From Spirochaetia bacterium (GTDB lineage Bacteria > Spirochaetota > Spirochaetia > SZUA-6 > Bin103), in assembly GCA_965198005.1 (NCBI GenBank), contig CBDAOI010000004.1, positions 1,440,001 to 1,504,000 on the forward strand: a DNA stretch of 64,000 nt. Reading direction: 5' to 3'. Below are positions 1 through 11,390 of the stretch, in pieces. Made by a program: the position numbers and the translations under genes. The notes under the pieces were generated by a model, which was not told the origin of the DNA, did not search any database, and saw nothing but the letters and a program-made list of their open reading frames with translations. The stretch's first letter is position 1. Each line of letters starts with the position of its first letter.

Positions 1-1671
<1,671 letters not shown>

Positions 1672-1694
1672 GGATGAGCTAAGGAGAGGTTCAG

Positions 1695-2546
1695 ATGAGT
1701 AGTGCATTTCACTATCACCGCGCGGCATCCGTCGAGGATGCGCTGGCGCTGCTGGAGCGCCATGAGGACGCCAAGCTGCTGGCCGGCGGCCACAGCCTGA
1801 TCCCGTCCATGAAGCTGCGCCTGGCTACCCCCGGCGCGTTGATCGACATCGGCCGCCTGAGCGAGCTCGATTTCATCCGTGACGACGGCGGCGGGGTGGC
1901 GATCGGCGCTGCCACAACCCATCACACGATCGAAGCTTCGGGCATGGTGGGGCGCCAGGCTCCGCTGCTGGCCCAGGCGGCGGCGGTGATCGGCGACGTC
2001 CAGGTGCGCAACATGGGCACCATCGGCGGGAGCGTGGCGCACGCCGATCCGGCGGCGGACTATCCGGCGGCGTTGCTCGCCAGCGGCGCCGGCATCGTGG
2101 CGCGCGGTCCCGGCGGGGAGCGGACTATCGATGCCGAAGAATTCTTCGTCGACCTGTTTCTCACCAGCCTCCAGCCGGACGAGATCATCACCGAGATTCG
2201 CGTCCCGGCCCAGCCGGCCGGTGCCGGCGCCTGCTACGTGAAATTCCCGCACCCGGCATCGCGCTTTGCGGTGGTGGGATGTGCCGCGGTGGTGGCCACC
2301 GGGGGCGGCACCTGCAGCGACGTGCGGGTCGCGTTCACCGGCGTGGCCAACGCGGCGTTTCGCGATCGGGGAGTCGAGGAAGCGTTGGCGGGCCAGCCCG
2401 TCAGCGCCGAGGCGATCACTGCGGCGGCCGCGGCAGCGGCGCGCGATGCCGAGGTGCTCAGCGATGCGTTTGCGGGGGCCGAGTACCGCCGTCACCTGGC
2501 GACGGTGTTTGCCGCCCGCGCCCTGCGCGGCGCCGCGGGAATCTGA
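1695..2546 (+). CDS. FAD-binding medium subunit (CoxM-like) of a xanthine/CO dehydrogenase family enzyme
   Basis: AKLLAGGHSLIP and QVRNMGTIGGSVAHADP motifs. AAGGAGAGG RBS. Follows the large subunit gene. Confidence 0.9.
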   Translation: MSSAFHYHRAASVEDALALLERHEDAKLLAGGHSLIPSMKLRLATPGALIDIGRLSELDFIRDDGGGVAIGAATTHHTIEASGMVGRQAPLLAQAAAVIGDVQVRNMGTIGGSVAHADPAADYPAALLASGAGIVARGPGGERTIDAEEFFVDLFLTSLQPDEIITEIRVPAQPAGAGACYVKFPHPASRFAVVGCAAVVATGGGTCSDVRVAFTGVANAAFRDRGVEEALAGQPVSAEAITAAAAAAARDAEVLSDAFAGAEYRRHLATVFAARALRGAAGI

Positions 2547-2580
2547 GCGCCGTATCCGAGACGCGGTGGAGTTGCGCTGA

Positions 2581-3363
2581 ATGGGAAAGAACGACACCAA
2601 GTTCATCTTTCACCTCTATCGTACCGACGGCAAGTCGCTCATTCTCAACCCGTTCGAGAGTGCCGAGAAGCTGCGCGCGGCGCTCGAGACGCAGGAGATC
2701 GAGGGGCGCTATGGGGAGGAGCCGCCGGTCGAGTTGCTCACCACGTTTCGCAACTCGCTGTACCATTCGATCGAGGACGCCGTGCGCCGGTTTCTGGCCG
2801 ACGCACGGTTCGTGCCGCGCTTCCTGGTCGCCGCGGCGGCATTCTTCGCCGTGTTTCTGATTCTGTCCTACGCGGTTCCGGACCCGATCCTGATCGTGGA
2901 CGAGCTGGCGGTAGGCGTGGCCGCCGCGGTCGGCGCCTATCTGTTCATGGGGCGCCGCGACATGGGTTCGGACGCGGCCATGAAGAAACGGATCGCGTTG
3001 CGCAATGCGGTGGACCGGATCACGTTCGTGCCGAGCGGTTTTCTGGCGCGCGTGGAGCGCGAGCTGCAGCATACCGAGAGTGGCGACTTCGAAGAGCTGG
3101 TGCACTCCATTCTCGAACCGGACAACGCCAATGCGCCGCTCGACGCACAGGACCGCGGCGAGGCGGCGCAGTTCATCCAACTGCTGGAGGAGAAGTACCG
3201 TTTCAAGCGCCTCCGCCGGGAGGAAAAGGTGTTGCGCAGTTACGTGGCGCGGGCCGATACCGACCGCGCCGGCTCCCTGCGCCGGTGGTCCGACACCAGG
3301 AAGCTGGACGTCCCCCTGTACGCGGTCTACAAGCGCTTCAAACGCACGGTCGAGCGCGTATAG
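2581..3363 (+). CDS. Hypothetical membrane protein (two predicted TM helices)
   Basis: 260-aa ORF with host-like codon usage and a central hydrophobic hairpin. Confidence 0.7.
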   Translation: MGKNDTKFIFHLYRTDGKSLILNPFESAEKLRAALETQEIEGRYGEEPPVELLTTFRNSLYHSIEDAVRRFLADARFVPRFLVAAAAFFAVFLILSYAVPDPILIVDELAVGVAAAVGAYLFMGRRDMGSDAAMKKRIALRNAVDRITFVPSGFLARVERELQHTESGDFEELVHSILEPDNANAPLDAQDRGEAAQFIQLLEEKYRFKRLRREEKVLRSYVARADTDRAGSLRRWSDTRKLDVPLYAVYKRFKRTVERV

Positions 3364-3383
3364 AGAGACGTGAGGCGGCGGTT

Positions 3384-4238
3384 TCAGTAGGCATGACGGG
3401 CCACCTCGCGGCCGTCCGCATCGTACAGGAAGGCGGCGTCGCCCTGATTTCCCCAAACGTTCCGCTCCGTGAGCCGTAGGCTTCGCCCGGGCTCGCCCAC
3501 GCAGCCGTGGCCGCTACAGACCGCGAGGGTTTCGTTCGGCGCGAGCGTGAGGCCGCCGCCGGCGTACAGGACCTGCGCATCTCCGTCATCGTCCGCGACG
3601 CGCCAGCCGGTCAGATCGACCGTGTCGCCGGTGTCATTGCGGATCAGCACGTGCTCGCGGCGGCCGGAGTTGCGGATGGTCACGATCACCACGGTGCCGA
3701 CATGCTCCCTCCACAGTCCCAACCGCTCGGTGCGGGCCTCCGCCTCCAGCCGCTCGAACTGCGCGAAGAAGTGGTTCCGTTCGCCGCGATACACGCGGGC
3801 GAGACCTTGCGCGATCAGTTCAGCGTTCAGGAGGGTGCCGTCCTGCAGGAACACGTAGGCGAGCAGACGATCGTACCGGTCGCGGCGCCTGAAGTCGAAC
3901 GCCAGGTAGACGGGGTCGGTGCCGATGCTGCGGGTGACCAGGTGCAGCGCCTCATCCGCCCAGGGCTCGCCCAGTTCAGGTGTGTCGATTCCGATCAGCC
4001 GCACTTTCTCGGCTGATCCGGGGCCCGGCGGTGGATGCTCGATGCGTACCTCGAACGTGTCGCCGTCGACGTGCCGGGTCACCACCGCCGGCGTCATGCG
4101 GCTCAGGTCGGCCTCCGCCCAGTGGTCCACGCGCGTTACGGTTACGTCGTAGATCGCCGGGGTCTCCTGCGCGGCGGCGCCCGCCCCACAGATCAGGAGC
4201 AGGGCAAGGGACAAACTCAGCTTCGGGGGTAGCGGCAT
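3384..4238 (-). CDS. Secreted thermonuclease (SNase) fused to a lamin-tail domain
   Basis: Signal peptide. SNase motifs VDGDT, VRLIGIDTPE and DRYDRLLAYV. LTD motifs EHVLIRN, VDLTGWRVAD and VWGNQGD. Confidence 0.88.
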   Translation of the reverse strand: MPLPPKLSLSLALLLICGAGAAAQETPAIYDVTVTRVDHWAEADLSRMTPAVVTRHVDGDTFEVRIEHPPPGPGSAEKVRLIGIDTPELGEPWADEALHLVTRSIGTDPVYLAFDFRRRDRYDRLLAYVFLQDGTLLNAELIAQGLARVYRGERNHFFAQFERLEAEARTERLGLWREHVGTVVIVTIRNSGRREHVLIRNDTGDTVDLTGWRVADDDGDAQVLYAGGGLTLAPNETLAVCSGHGCVGEPGRSLRLTERNVWGNQGDAAFLYDADGREVARHAY

Positions 4239-4273
4239 GGCAGCGGCCGCAGTATAGGCCACCCACCGGGGCG

Positions 4274-4717
4274 ATTGCCAGGTGGCTGCTGGTCTGGCTG
4301 GCGCCGGCACTGCTCGGCGCCGCGGCCGTGACCGGTTGCCAGCGTGGCGGCGACGGGCGGGTCGACCTGCTGGTGGGGGATGCCGAGTTCCGGGTGGAAT
4401 TGGCCGTGACGCAGGACCAGCGCAGCACCGGGTTGATGTACCGGGAGCAACTGGGCGAGCGCGAGGGCATGCTGTTCGTGTTCGAGGAGGAGCGGATTCT
4501 GACCTTCTGGATGCGCAATACGCCGCTGCCGCTGTCGATCGCGTTCATCGACGAACGGGGTGTGATCGTGCAGGTGACCGACCTGGAACCCTACTCCGAG
4601 GCACCCGTGGCCTCGCGCTTTCCCGCCCGCTTCGCGCTGGAAGTCAAGCGCGGCGCCCTGGCCCGCGCCGGGGTGGGGGTGGGGGACGTGGTGACGCTGC
4701 CGGACGCCGTGCGGTGA
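4274..4717 (+). CDS. DUF192 family protein, probable lipoprotein (start codon uncertain)
   Basis: VELA..Q.R..GLMYR, GMLFVF, FWMRNTPLPLSIAF and ALEV motifs. Lipobox-like AVTGC. Confidence 0.85.
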   Translation: MARWLLVWLAPALLGAAAVTGCQRGGDGRVDLLVGDAEFRVELAVTQDQRSTGLMYREQLGEREGMLFVFEEERILTFWMRNTPLPLSIAFIDERGVIVQVTDLEPYSEAPVASRFPARFALEVKRGALARAGVGVGDVVTLPDAVR

Positions 4718-4721
4718 CCGG

Positions 4722-4967
4722 TCAGCCGCCCTGCACGTCGGGCGCATCGGACAGCCGTTGGGTCCGGGGCGGCTCGCCGGCGGCCTCCGGATCGTTGATC
4801 AGGAGCTCGATGCGACGCTCCACCTTGGCCAGGTCGCGCTCCAGCGTGCGCGCGAGCGTAATTCCTTCCTCGAACAGCGCGGTCGCGTCGTCGATCGGCA
4901 GGTTGCCGTGGCGCAGCTTCTCGCCCAGCTCCTCGAGCCGGCGCAGCCGTTCCTCAAACGTGGCCAT
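4722..4967 (-). CDS. xseB: Exodeoxyribonuclease VII small subunit
   Basis: TFEERLRRLEE..L..GNLPIDDATALFEEG. Overlaps the xseA 3' end. Confidence 0.92.
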   Translation of the reverse strand: MATFEERLRRLEELGEKLRHGNLPIDDATALFEEGITLARTLERDLAKVERRIELLINDPEAAGEPPRTQRLSDAPDVQGG

Positions 4968-6192
4968 CGGCCGGCTCCTCGCTGGTGGCGTTGACGGTGG
5001 CGCTGAACGAGCTGCGATGGAGGCGCACGCGTACCTCCTGCGCGCGCCGCACCTGGCGGGCGGAGGTCACGTACCTGCCGCTGGCGGCGTCGGTGACCAG
5101 CGCGTAGCCACGCCCGAGGATGGCGTCGGGCGAGGCCGCGGCCACCGCCTGGGCGGCCAGCTCGAGCCGATGGCGCAGACCCTGCAGGCGCCGGCTCACG
5201 CCGGCGGTCAGCTCCGTGCGCGCCTCGTCGAGCCGTTGCTGTACCGGATGGGTGATGAGCCGCAGGCTGCGCTCCAGGCTGTCGGGGCGGAAGCGGTCCA
5301 GGGTGAGGCGGAAGCGCTGCAACCGGGCCGTCAGGGAAGAGGCGAGGTCGGCGTGCAGGGCGGTGACCCGGCGCTGCAGCTCGGTGCGCGCCGCGGCCAC
5401 CAGCTCGCCGGCCGCGGATGGGGTGGCTGCCCGGTGGTCGGCCGCCAGGTCGCACAGCGTGTTGTCCACCTCGTGACCGACCGCCGAAACCACCACCGTC
5501 TCGGCGGCGGCGATGGCGCGCACCACGCGCTCGTCGGAAAACGGCAGCAGATCCTCCAGCGAGCCGCCGCCGCGCGTGACCACGATCACGTCGCCGAGCC
5601 GCCAGCGGTCGGCCGTGCGCACGCACCGGGCGATGCGGGTGGCCGCGTCCGGGCCCTGCACCGGGGTCGGGACCACCACCAGGTCGATGCCGGGGTTGCG
5701 CCGTCCCAGCACCCGGATCAGGTCGCGCACCGCGGCGCCGGTGGGGGAGGTGACCACCGCGACCCGGCGCGGCAGCAACGGCAGCGGTTGCTTGCGCGCG
5801 GCGTCGAACAGTCCCTCGGCCGCCAGCCGGCGCCTGCGTTCCTCGACGATCGCCAGCAGATCGCCGGCACCGGCCCGGAACACCGCCTCGGCTATGAGCT
5901 GGTAGGTGCCGCGCGGCGGGTACACCGAGATGCCGCCGCGCACCCGCACCAGCATGCCGTCCGCCGGACGAAAGGTCAGCAGGAAGTGGCGGTTCTTGAA
6001 CAGCGCGACGCTCAGACTGGCATCGCGGTCGATCAGGTTGAAGTAGTAGTGGCCGGTGCTGGACGGCCGGAATCCCGCGACCTCCCCCTCCACCAGGACA
6101 TCGGGAAACTCGCCCTCCAGCAACCCGCGCACCCGTCCGGTTACCTGCGACACGGTGAGCGGACGGCGCGGCATCAGTGCCAGCCGGCTCAT
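4954..6192 (-). CDS. xseA: Exodeoxyribonuclease VII large subunit
   Basis: LTVSQ, GHYYFNL, VVTSPTGAAVRD, RGGGSLEDL, SAVGHEVD and AATPSAA motifs. Confidence 0.95.
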   Translation of the reverse strand: MSRLALMPRRPLTVSQVTGRVRGLLEGEFPDVLVEGEVAGFRPSSTGHYYFNLIDRDASLSVALFKNRHFLLTFRPADGMLVRVRGGISVYPPRGTYQLIAEAVFRAGAGDLLAIVEERRRRLAAEGLFDAARKQPLPLLPRRVAVVTSPTGAAVRDLIRVLGRRNPGIDLVVVPTPVQGPDAATRIARCVRTADRWRLGDVIVVTRGGGSLEDLLPFSDERVVRAIAAAETVVVSAVGHEVDNTLCDLAADHRAATPSAAGELVAAARTELQRRVTALHADLASSLTARLQRFRLTLDRFRPDSLERSLRLITHPVQQRLDEARTELTAGVSRRLQGLRHRLELAAQAVAAASPDAILGRGYALVTDAASGRYVTSARQVRRAQEVRVRLHRSSFSATVNATSEEPADGHV

Positions 6193-6246
6193 GCGCGCAG
6201 CATAGCCGAATTCAGCGGTCTCGACATTCGGACGATAATCTAGGTA

Positions 6247-7347
6247 ATGGCAGGGGTGCGACGCCTGATACTCTGGTGCATGGCGGGCCTTACCGGACTC
6301 GCGGCGGGTGGCTGGGCCGACAGTGTCGAGTCGGGTGGGGTGGACCTGCTGGAGTTGGCCCGGGAGATGGGGGCGGTGCTGGAGTGGCACCCGCTGCGGC
6401 AGGTCGGAGTCCTGCGGCACGCCGAATTCGAGGTGGCGCTGCGTGTGGGTACCCCCTGGGTGCTGATCGATGGCACCTCGCCACTGTTCGTAGGCGATAT
6501 CGAGCGCCAGGCGGGGGCGGTGGTGGTCCCGGTGGCCGGCGCGGCGGCGCTGCGCGACCGGCTTGGCCTGACCACGCCGGGAGCGGGACGCCGCATCGTC
6601 GCGATCCTGATCGACCCGGGCCACGGGGGCAAGGATCCCGGCGCGCTCGGCCACTACCGGACCGATGGCGGTCACACCATCCGCGAGAAGGACGTGGTGC
6701 TCAGGACGAGCACGTTTCTGCACCAGCTCCTGCAGGCACGCTATCCGGACAAACGGGTGGTGCTCACCCGCGACGACGACCGCTACGTGTCACTCGAGCA
6801 GCGCACCGACGTCGCCAACAGTCTCATCACCGAGACCGAGGATGCCGTCATATTCATCTCGATTCATGCCAACGCGTCGCTGAACAAGAAGGCGCGCGGC
6901 TATGAAGTCTGGTACCTGCCGGACGAGTACCGGCGTGAGCTGATTTCGCCGGACAGCCTGACCCGGGATTCGCGCGAGTTGGCTCCGATTCTCAATTCCA
7001 TGCGCGAGGAGGAGTACACCCGCGAGTCCGTGTTCCTGGCACAGTCCATCGTCGACCACTTCGAACGGCGGGTCGGCGATCGGAGCGTGAATCGTGGCAT
7101 CCGCGAGGAGTCATGGTTCGTGGTCCGCAACGCCAAGATGCCGGCGGTGCTGGTCGAGCTGGGATTCCTCACCAACGACGAGGAGGCAGCACTGCTGGCC
7201 GAAACCGGCTACTTGCGCACGCTCGCCGAGGCGATCTACAGTGCCGTGGCGGGGTTCGTGATCAGGTTCGAAGGTGGAGGCCTTGCACCCGAAGAAGTTG
7301 TGCCGACTGACGTCGCGGCCGGTGTGGCCGCGGTAGCCGGTAACTGA
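6247..7347 (+). CDS. N-acetylmuramoyl-L-alanine amidase (Amidase_3)
   Basis: IDPGHGGKDPGA, EKD, ISIHANA and MPAVLVELGF motifs. N-terminal signal peptide. Confidence 0.93.
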   Translation: MAGVRRLILWCMAGLTGLAAGGWADSVESGGVDLLELAREMGAVLEWHPLRQVGVLRHAEFEVALRVGTPWVLIDGTSPLFVGDIERQAGAVVVPVAGAAALRDRLGLTTPGAGRRIVAILIDPGHGGKDPGALGHYRTDGGHTIREKDVVLRTSTFLHQLLQARYPDKRVVLTRDDDRYVSLEQRTDVANSLITETEDAVIFISIHANASLNKKARGYEVWYLPDEYRRELISPDSLTRDSRELAPILNSMREEEYTRESVFLAQSIVDHFERRVGDRSVNRGIREESWFVVRNAKMPAVLVELGFLTNDEEAALLAETGYLRTLAEAIYSAVAGFVIRFEGGGLAPEEVVPTDVAAGVAAVAGN

Positions 7348-7357
7348 CGGACGCACC

Positions 7358-7822
7358 ATGCGGCTCGTGGCCGCGGTGGCCGGCGTACTGGTGCTCGTGC
7401 TCCTGGCCGGCTTGGCGCTGACATTGGCGCGCGACCGCGGCGACCGGCGGGTGTTGTCGTTCCCTGCGCTGGCAGCGGCCGGGGCGGGTGGCCCCCTGCT
7501 GTTCCGTGAGGAAACGCGTCGTCTGCCGGAACGCGCGGCGCTGGCCGGCGAACTGCGGCTGTTGGTGGAGGAGGTGATTCTGGGCCCCGCCGATCACCGT
7601 GCGCATCGCCTTCTGCCCCGCCACACCGAGGTCATCGCAGTGCACGTGAAGGGGGACACGGCATTCGTGAACCTGTCGCGCCACGTGCTGTTCGATCCGA
7701 CTCCGGTGCCGACGACGGGCCACGAGCGGCTGCAGGTTCTCAGGGGCACGATACTGGCCAATTTCCGGGAATTGAGCACCGTCGCCCTGCTCGTGGAGGG
7801 GCAGGAACCACGCCCCGCGTAG
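7358..7822 (+). CDS. GerMN domain-containing membrane-anchored protein
   Basis: N-terminal TM, LVEEVILGP, TAFVNLS and V.LLVEG motifs. Lies downstream of the amidase. Confidence 0.75.
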   Translation: MRLVAAVAGVLVLVLLAGLALTLARDRGDRRVLSFPALAAAGAGGPLLFREETRRLPERAALAGELRLLVEEVILGPADHRAHRLLPRHTEVIAVHVKGDTAFVNLSRHVLFDPTPVPTTGHERLQVLRGTILANFRELSTVALLVEGQEPRPA

Positions 7823-7846
7823 CCGGTCCCGTAGCGCCCGCGCGGC

Positions 7847-9124
7847 TCAGGCCGGGCCGCGGCGCTCGGCGGCCACCACCCGGCCGAGGGTCAAACCCTG
7901 CACCAGGATCGAGAACACGACGACCACGTAGGTCATGATGAGGAACAGATCCCGTTCGCGGCCGGCGGGCAGTGACAGCGCCAGCGCCACCGAAATCCCG
8001 CCGCGTAGTCCCGCCCAGGTGATCGACCGTACCGCGCGGTGGCTGAAGTCGCGTCCCAGGGCGCGCAGCGCGGTCACCGGCAGGCCGATCCCGATCCAGC
8101 GGCTGAACAGCACGATCGGGACCGCCGCCAGCGCCGCGGCCAGCAGTGCCGGGGCCGGCGTGGCCGGAACCGGCAGCACTACCAGCAGCTCGAAGCCGAT
8201 CAGCAGAAACAGCATGGCGTTGAGCACGTCGTCCACCGCCTCCCAGAACGTGTCCAGATTTTCGCGTGTGGCCGCGGCCATCGCCAGACGGCGCCCGCGA
8301 TTGCCGATCAGCAGTCCGATCATCACCATCGCCAGCGGCGCCGATACGTGCAGCGCGCCGGCCAGGGCGTAGCCTCCAGCCGCCAGGGCGAGCGTGAGCA
8401 GCAATTCCAGGCGATGGTCGTCGATGGTGCGTAGCGTCCAGTAGCCGAGCCAGCCCGCCGCCAGCCCGAACGCCAGCCCGCCCCCGACCTCCTGCAGCAG
8501 AAACAGGGCGACGCCGGCGGACGCGTGTGCGCCGGCCGCGCCGTGGGCGTCGTGCGCCACCAGCCCCAGGAGAGTAAGGAACAGCACCACGCCAAGCCCG
8601 TCGTTGAACAACGACTCGCCGATCACCTTGGCCTGCAGGCTGCGCGGTGCGCCGGCGCGCCGCATGATTCCCAGCACCGCCACCGGATCGGTGGGTGAGA
8701 TCAGGGCCCCGAACAGCAGGCAGTGGACGAAGCTGAGCCCCAGGCCCACCGCACCCGACAGGAAGTAGACCAGCGTACCCACCAGCACCGTGGACACCGC
8801 CAGCGACACCGTCGCGAAAGAGGCTATGGCGTACCGGCGATCGAGCAGATCGTCCAGGTTCACGTGCAGCGCCCCGGCGAACAGCAGGAACCCGAGCAGA
8901 ACGTCGAGCACCAGATGGCTCAGGTCGACCCGGCCCATCAAGTCCTGCGCCCGCTCGACGACGCCGGAGCCGGCAACCACCCCCACGATCAGCAGGACCA
9001 GCGACATGGTCAGGGCGATGGCCATCGTTCCGATCGTTTGCGGCAGGCGCAGCAGGCGGTGATTGAGATACCCGAACAGCGCTGCCAGCGACACCAGCAC
9101 GGCTGCGATCTGAAAGTCGGTCAT
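7847..9124 (-). CDS. nhaP: CPA1 family Na+/H+ antiporter (NhaP-like)
   Basis: FGALISPTDPVAV, GESLFNDG and WAGLRGGISVALAL motifs. Multi-TM protein. Confidence 0.92.
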   Translation of the reverse strand: MTDFQIAAVLVSLAALFGYLNHRLLRLPQTIGTMAIALTMSLVLLIVGVVAGSGVVERAQDLMGRVDLSHLVLDVLLGFLLFAGALHVNLDDLLDRRYAIASFATVSLAVSTVLVGTLVYFLSGAVGLGLSFVHCLLFGALISPTDPVAVLGIMRRAGAPRSLQAKVIGESLFNDGLGVVLFLTLLGLVAHDAHGAAGAHASAGVALFLLQEVGGGLAFGLAAGWLGYWTLRTIDDHRLELLLTLALAAGGYALAGALHVSAPLAMVMIGLLIGNRGRRLAMAAATRENLDTFWEAVDDVLNAMLFLLIGFELLVVLPVPATPAPALLAAALAAVPIVLFSRWIGIGLPVTALRALGRDFSHRAVRSITWAGLRGGISVALALSLPAGRERDLFLIMTYVVVVFSILVQGLTLGRVVAAERRGPA

Positions 9125-9155
9125 CAAGTGGTTGGGGCCGGGCCGTGCGGCGCCG

Positions 9156-10238
9156 TCACAGGAGGTCGGGACGGCGGTCGCGGAGCTCGTCTACCGCCGA
9201 GCGCACGAGTTGCGACCGGCCTTTGCCCAACACCAGCACGGTACCGTGCTTGACCACGACGATCAGGTCGTTTACCCCGGCCAGCACCACGGGGAGATCG
9301 CTGAACACGGAATTGCCCTGCGCCTCGACCGCCACTGCCGGCGCGTCTCCCGGATGGAGCGCCGCCACCTCGTCCCAGCTCCCGGCATCGCTCCAGGCGA
9401 AGCCGGCTCTGACCGTCGCTACCCGCCGGCTGCGTTCCATCAGAGCGTAGTCGATCGAGATGGCGGTCAACTCCGCGTAGGTCGCATTGAGCTCCGGATC
9501 CGGCCGCACCACGCTGATACCGGGATGCACTGGTTCGGGATCTGGCAACGGGGCGGTCGCCATCGGCCGGGCCACGTCGGGCGCGTGGCGTTCCAATTCC
9601 TCTCGCAGCAGCGTCAGTGGAAACAGGAAGATGCCGGCGTTCCAGAGGAAGTTGCCCGCCTGCAGGAAGCGCCGTGCGGTGGCGAGGTCCGGCTTTTCGC
9701 GAAACGCCGCCACCTCGAAGCCTGGACCGAGCGGCGGCCCCAGCTCCAGGTAGCCGTAGCCGGTTTCGGGACGGGTGGGGGGGATGCCGAACGTCGTCAG
9801 CCACCCGTGCGCGGCGAGCGACCGGGCGGCTCTCACGTCGGTGGCGAACGCGTCCGGCGGCTCGATTGCGTGGTCGGCGGACAGAACCAGCAGGCTGACT
9901 TGGCCGGATGGGTCGTGCGCGAGCCGGCCCACGAACCGCGCCCCCAGGGCCACCGCCGGAGCGGTATCGCGCTGCGCGGGCTCGCCGATCACGTACACCG
10001 GGGCGGCGAGCGTGGCGCCCCCACCGAGCGCGGCGATCTGCGCCACCACGGCGTCGATCTGGTCCGCCGCGGCAACCACCACGATCACGTCCGAATCGAC
10101 CGTGCGCGCGCGCAGCAACGCCTGTTGCAGGTAGCTGTGGGCGCCGCCGAACACCAGGTACTGCTTGGGCGCCGCCGCGCGGGAGGCTGGCCACAGCCGG
10201 GTACCGCTTCCTCCCGCCATGATTATGCTGGCGAGCAT
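9156..10238 (-). CDS. Mannose-1-phosphate guanylyltransferase (no PMI domain)
   Basis: IMAGGSGTRLWPASR..PKQ, PETGYGY, WNAGIF, ISIDYALME and WSDAGSW motifs. Several alternative in-frame ATGs upstream. Confidence 0.92.
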   Translation of the reverse strand: MLASIIMAGGSGTRLWPASRAAAPKQYLVFGGAHSYLQQALLRARTVDSDVIVVVAAADQIDAVVAQIAALGGGATLAAPVYVIGEPAQRDTAPAVALGARFVGRLAHDPSGQVSLLVLSADHAIEPPDAFATDVRAARSLAAHGWLTTFGIPPTRPETGYGYLELGPPLGPGFEVAAFREKPDLATARRFLQAGNFLWNAGIFLFPLTLLREELERHAPDVARPMATAPLPDPEPVHPGISVVRPDPELNATYAELTAISIDYALMERSRRVATVRAGFAWSDAGSWDEVAALHPGDAPAVAVEAQGNSVFSDLPVVLAGVNDLIVVVKHGTVLVLGKGRSQLVRSAVDELRDRRPDLL

Positions 10239-10242
10239 GGCT

Positions 10243-10269
10243 GGCATCGTAGGCATCGTAGGCATCGTA
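10243..10269. repeat. 9-bp tandem repeat (GGCATCGTA)x3 at the guanylyltransferase start
   Basis: Three exact copies plus partial flanking copies. Encodes MPT-MPT on the minus strand. Confidence 0.85.
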
Positions 10270-10329
10270 CGCATCGCGGCCCCGAGGTCAAGCAGGCGCA
10301 AGCGGCGGGTGCGGACGTGCGCGCCTGGC

Positions 10330-10761
10330 TCAGTAACTGTAAGCGTCGACTTCAGCCTGACCGCCCGCTTCGACCGCTACGAATACGCGGTTGGGAAGGC
10401 AGGCTATCCACTGGCCGGGGCGCGCTACCCGGCCGGTCTTGACACAGATCTGGTTCTTGCACGGGGCGGATTCGATCGCGACGCTGCCACCCGCCACGAC
10501 CACGCGATTGACGCCGAGCGGGCCGGTCACCTCGACTACCTGGTCGATCTCGGGACGCAACAGCCAGGTAGCATCGGCCGCAGTGACGCGGAAGATGGGA
10601 CGTCCGCGCCTGGCACTCAACACCCAGCGGGTGATGGCCGCCGCCACTCCCACTGAAATGACCACGGCCACGATGTCCAGCGCCCGCAGCGGCAACCAGC
10701 GCAGAAACCGGCGGCGGCCGGGATCGGGCGCCCGGTCGCTGCTGCCGTTGCCGTTGCTCAC
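10330..10761 (-). CDS. NusG domain II-containing protein (Lin0431/DUF1312-like)
   Basis: N-terminal TM, then GPLG, SAPCKNQICVKTG and IACLPNRV. This is the real C-terminal part of the long shadow ORF 10330-13065. Confidence 0.85.
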   Translation of the reverse strand: MSNGNGSSDRAPDPGRRRFLRWLPLRALDIVAVVISVGVAAAITRWVLSARRGRPIFRVTAADATWLLRPEIDQVVEVTGPLGVNRVVVAGGSVAIESAPCKNQICVKTGRVARPGQWIACLPNRVFVAVEAGGQAEVDAYSY

Positions 10762-10884
10762 GGTGCGATTGTACCGGGAAGGGGAGGGGGCCGCACCTAT
10801 CGAGCCGGCCCTTGAGGAACGCAAGGTCCGATTCCACGGTGGCGCTGGTTGACGCCGGGGACGGCTAAGCGTATCCATCTTGAC

Positions 10885-11376
10885 GTGGGCGTATACACAC
10901 CTATCGTGGGGACCCTGGGCTACGTGGTCTCGCCGGATCGTACCCGGGTACTGCTGATTCACCGCAACGCGCGCCGGCACGACGATCATCTCGGCAAGTA
11001 CAACGGCCTGGGCGGCAAGATGGAACCGCGGGAGGACGTCGCGACCTGCATGCGGCGGGAGATTCGCGAGGAGGCGGGAATCGAGTGCCGGGAGATGCGG
11101 CTGCGCGGCACCATAAACTGGACCGGTTTCGGTCCGCGCGGCGAGGACTGGCTCGGGTTCATCTTTCGGATCGACAGCTTCGACGGCGAGCCCGCGGCCA
11201 GCAACCAGGAGGGCGACCTGGAGTGGCATGCAATCGACCGGATCACGGAGCTGCCGCTCTGGGAGGGGGATCGTTACTTCCTGTCCATGGTGTTCGACGA
11301 CGACCCGCGTCCGTTTCATGGCTACATGCCGTACGCCAATGATCGTCCCCTGGCTTGGCGGTGCGTGCGGCTGTAA
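10885..11376 (+). CDS. NUDIX hydrolase (8-oxo-dGTP diphosphatase-like)
   Basis: NUDIX box GGKMEPREDVATCMRREIREEAG, plus LWEGDRYF. Confidence 0.9.
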   Translation: MGVYTPIVGTLGYVVSPDRTRVLLIHRNARRHDDHLGKYNGLGGKMEPREDVATCMRREIREEAGIECREMRLRGTINWTGFGPRGEDWLGFIFRIDSFDGEPAASNQEGDLEWHAIDRITELPLWEGDRYFLSMVFDDDPRPFHGYMPYANDRPLAWRCVRL

Positions 11377-11390
11377 TTCCGGTCGCGGCG

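Noticed and set aside
4282-6243. 653-aa + strand ORF and similar long alternative-frame ORFs (e.g. 12692-14482, 33737-35458, 37670-39715, 47994-50450)
   Set aside because: Shadow ORFs opposite or overlapping well-supported genes in high-GC DNA.
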